Shown here piece by piece: positions 7,162 through 8,928 of a DNA stretch of 8,928 bases. This DNA is from Naegleria gruberi (lineage: Eukaryota). A model generated the notes under the pieces. It was not told where the DNA came from. It did no database searches and saw only the letters and a list, made by a program, of their open reading frames with translations. The DNA is taken from assembly GCA_000004985.1 (NCBI GenBank), contig GG739051.1; one strand, written 5' to 3'. Every line of letters starts with the position of its first letter. The stretch's first letter is position 1. Both the position numbers and the translations under genes were made by a program.

Positions 7162-7746
7162 TTATTCCATATGAAAAGTCCATATTGGAAAATTAAACTC
7201 CATTTGAGTTTGTGCTGGATTGGAATAGGCTGAATTCTTTCTCTTTTGACATTTTCGTCTTCTTTTCAAATGTTTTGAATTTGAATTATCAATACAAGAA
7301 GTAGTGGATGAAATTGAGATTTTCTTTTCTGTATTTGGACTTGTATAATATTTGAATGAAGAAGAGGAAATCTTTCTCTTCTTTGAGATTGATGAGATAT
7401 TGGGCATGGTAGTATTTTCATTCTTGGTGGTGGTGAATATTGTTGGAAGTTGAAACGTTTCTAGTGCCTCATTGTGATCAGAATTGTTTAATACTACTAA
7501 TGAGGAACTAATTAATTGTTGATCTTTCACTAGTTCATCTGAATGAAAAACAAAGCTGTCATCTTGTTGGTGATGAACTTGTTTGATAGTCTGTAATATT
7601 TTCCAACTCTGCATAAAATCAACAATATCAAGATTTAAACTTGGCAATTCATTGTTACTGGTATTGATAGAAGAGGAGGAGGATGACATTGATGATGGAG
7701 AGACTATTCCACAATGAATATTAAATGGAGAGGGTAACATCAACAT
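7162..7746 (-). CDS. Hypothetical Ser/Asn-rich protein of about 194 aa, counted from the first ATG at 7746-7744. It has a C-terminal basic cluster (KHLKRRRKCQKRK). Function unknown.
   Basis: The frame is open on the minus strand from 7854 to the TAA at 7162. The ORF-track start at 7824 is a GTG and there is no ATG upstream in frame. The first ATG gives MLMLPSPF... AATAAA overlaps the stop (gaaTAAatt on the minus strand). Low-complexity composition makes a chance ORF more plausible than usual. Confidence 0.4.
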   Translation of the reverse strand: MLMLPSPFNIHCGIVSPSSMSSSSSSINTSNNELPSLNLDIVDFMQSWKILQTIKQVHHQQDDSFVFHSDELVKDQQLISSSLVVLNNSDHNEALETFQLPTIFTTTKNENTTMPNISSISKKRKISSSSFKYYTSPNTEKKISISSTTSCIDNSNSKHLKRRRKCQKRKNSAYSNPAQTQMEFNFPIWTFHME

Positions 7747-8167
7747 TTCAGCAACTGAACAATTGACTTGTTTTTTTTTTGAAATACTGTATCTGAATAG
7801 AGAGTTGGTGATGAGTTCTACCACTTTAATATTTACTATTCCAGTTTCAACTTGTCAAATCCGCAGAATAGTTATTTTATTGGTCAGTGCGATTTGTTAC
7901 AGAAATTCATGAAATCAAAATGGACTTGGATACTGAACAAGGCATTATTATCTCCTCAACAAAAGAGAGCAATCATGATTGTATATCAAGTTCTTCTCAA
8001 ATTGCCAAGAGGTATCTTTACGAAAATCATGAAATAAATGATTACTTGGCAGGTCTATTTAGGCTTGAGATACCATAGTGTTATGGAAAGAGATTTCACA
8101 ACTTTCAACTGTTGGCCAACAAACGTTATTAAGAAATTCTATTTTGTACATTTCGGTTAAACATTTA

Positions 8168-8713
8168 TTACCAAAATATTGGTTTTTTCAACATTTGATA
8201 ATATGGAGATTGTTCATCAGTTAATAGTTCAACAATTCCTTCATAATCTAAGGAGAGCATTAATTTTGAATTTAGTAATGATGATGATTCTGATCTTGTT
8301 TCAGATTGCTGATTAGTCAAAATTGAATGTGGGAAACACATTGATTGGAAATTATATCTACAACCATTATTACTGTCCGTACTTTCCTTTGGATGAACAA
8401 TGGTATTCAAAACACTACCTTCGCTATTAGAAACCTTCATTCCATTCGTTTCATTTTCTGTATCAGTTTTCTCTGAAACATGAAAATGAAACAAAGATTC
8501 AATAATTTTACTTGACATCATTTCACTATTTGACCTCTGAATTGTATTAAAATCCATTACTGTATATTCTTCATTCCTACTAATTTCATCTCTACATTTA
8601 GTTTTGTTTAGTTTACTATTTGGCACCATAACAAAGTAAAATTGTTTGAATTTATCGTGGTCGATTTGTTTTCTCAATTTTGAAGGGATTTTCCTGCTCA
8701 ACCCACTTGGCAT
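8168..8713 (-). CDS. Hypothetical 181-aa protein with a basic N-terminus (MPSGLSRKIPSKLRKQIDHDKFKQFYF...). It may be a distant relative of the A/B/C module.
   Basis: ORF from ATG (8713-8711) to TAA. Upstream in frame there are 19 open codons without an ATG and then a stop. TAATAAATG at the stop supplies AATAAA. The possible link to the family rests only on the weak pattern S[KR]LRK.[IL]..D.[FL]...YF, shared with KQSRLRKPLQNDNLLKNYF. Confidence 0.4.
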   Translation of the reverse strand: MPSGLSRKIPSKLRKQIDHDKFKQFYFVMVPNSKLNKTKCRDEISRNEEYTVMDFNTIQRSNSEMMSSKIIESLFHFHVSEKTDTENETNGMKVSNSEGSVLNTIVHPKESTDSNNGCRYNFQSMCFPHSILTNQQSETRSESSSLLNSKLMLSLDYEGIVELLTDEQSPYYQMLKKPIFW

Positions 8714-8928
8714 TTGTTCGTTTTTTTTCTGAGCCTTGTGTTGGATTTTCTGTGGGATACTTTATTCGATACTATGACTTACTATCTTGAGCACAAAGCA
8801 TGGCTTACAATCTCTCTCAAATGTTCCTTTTGTGAACGAGTCAGTACAAACATTAACACGAATCAATGCAAACAATACAATTAAAGAAACTCAACCAATC
8901 AACAGGTGAACGATTGGAGCATAAAAAA

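Noticed and set aside
7747-7824. The 220-aa ORF start at 7824 as given in the ORF track.
   Set aside because: The codon at 7824-7822 is GTG, not ATG. The first in-frame ATG is at 7746, so I call the CDS 7162-7746.
7852-8078. Two overlapping small plus-strand ORFs (61 and 63 aa) between the two minus-strand genes.
   Set aside because: They are short and overlap each other in different frames. They sit in the 3' flank and intergenic region of the minus-strand genes, with no supporting signals.
7162-8713. Joining the 181-aa and 220-aa minus-strand ORFs into one spliced gene.
   Set aside because: Every candidate acceptor upstream of the 220-aa frame (caag|, atag|, aaag|, gtag|) requires a phase-1 donor. 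No in-frame NGT codon with a plausible GTA/GTR donor exists near the end of the 181-aa ORF, and the only decent donor (TTTTG|GTAATA) is phase 2. They are more likely separate genes, each with its own AATAAA at the stop.

Overview
This window is AT-rich nuclear DNA (roughly one-third G+C by eye) from a eukaryote, with two assembly gaps: 55 N at 1807-1861 and 1784 N at 5208-6991. I cannot name the organism. Codon usage is AGA-Arg, TTG/TTA-Leu, AAT-Asn, CAA-Gln, and AATAAA sits 0-80 bp past the stop codons. I see no prokaryotic operon structure, rRNA, tRNA or CRISPR array. The main content is a local cluster of paralogous small genes that I do not recognise as any known family. Paralog A lies on the minus strand at 1-314, with its 3' end off the window. 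Paralog B (3131-3703, +) and paralog C (4799-5207+, +, running into the large gap) are direct tandem copies 1668 bp apart. All three share an N-terminal module of about 60 aa (MSFIDETSNVT-KKAKVKKRN-ELKIKQSRLRKPLQNDNLLKNYFEFDKQQ). After it comes Ser/Thr/Asn-rich low-complexity sequence, and B ends in an acidic tail. All three also share a promoter block about 110-140 bp upstream of the ATG, CATTTGGCATGTTCTA followed by a TATA-like box. B and C are mosaic. Their 5' coding sequence is essentially identical, an internal block of about 80 nt is unrelated, and identity then resumes with an in-frame 6-nt indel. Similarity in their upstream flanks decays with distance from the ATG. Two more small minus-strand ORFs (7162-7746 and 8168-8713) look like real genes of unknown function. 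A plus-strand ORF appears to span the 55-N gap (about 1763-2124). GCATG/TGCATG motifs are strongly clustered in the B-C intergenic region. Every ORF-track entry that runs through the 1.78-kb gap is an artefact. Everything here is inferred from the sequence alone. No database search was possible, so I cannot confirm that any of this is novel.
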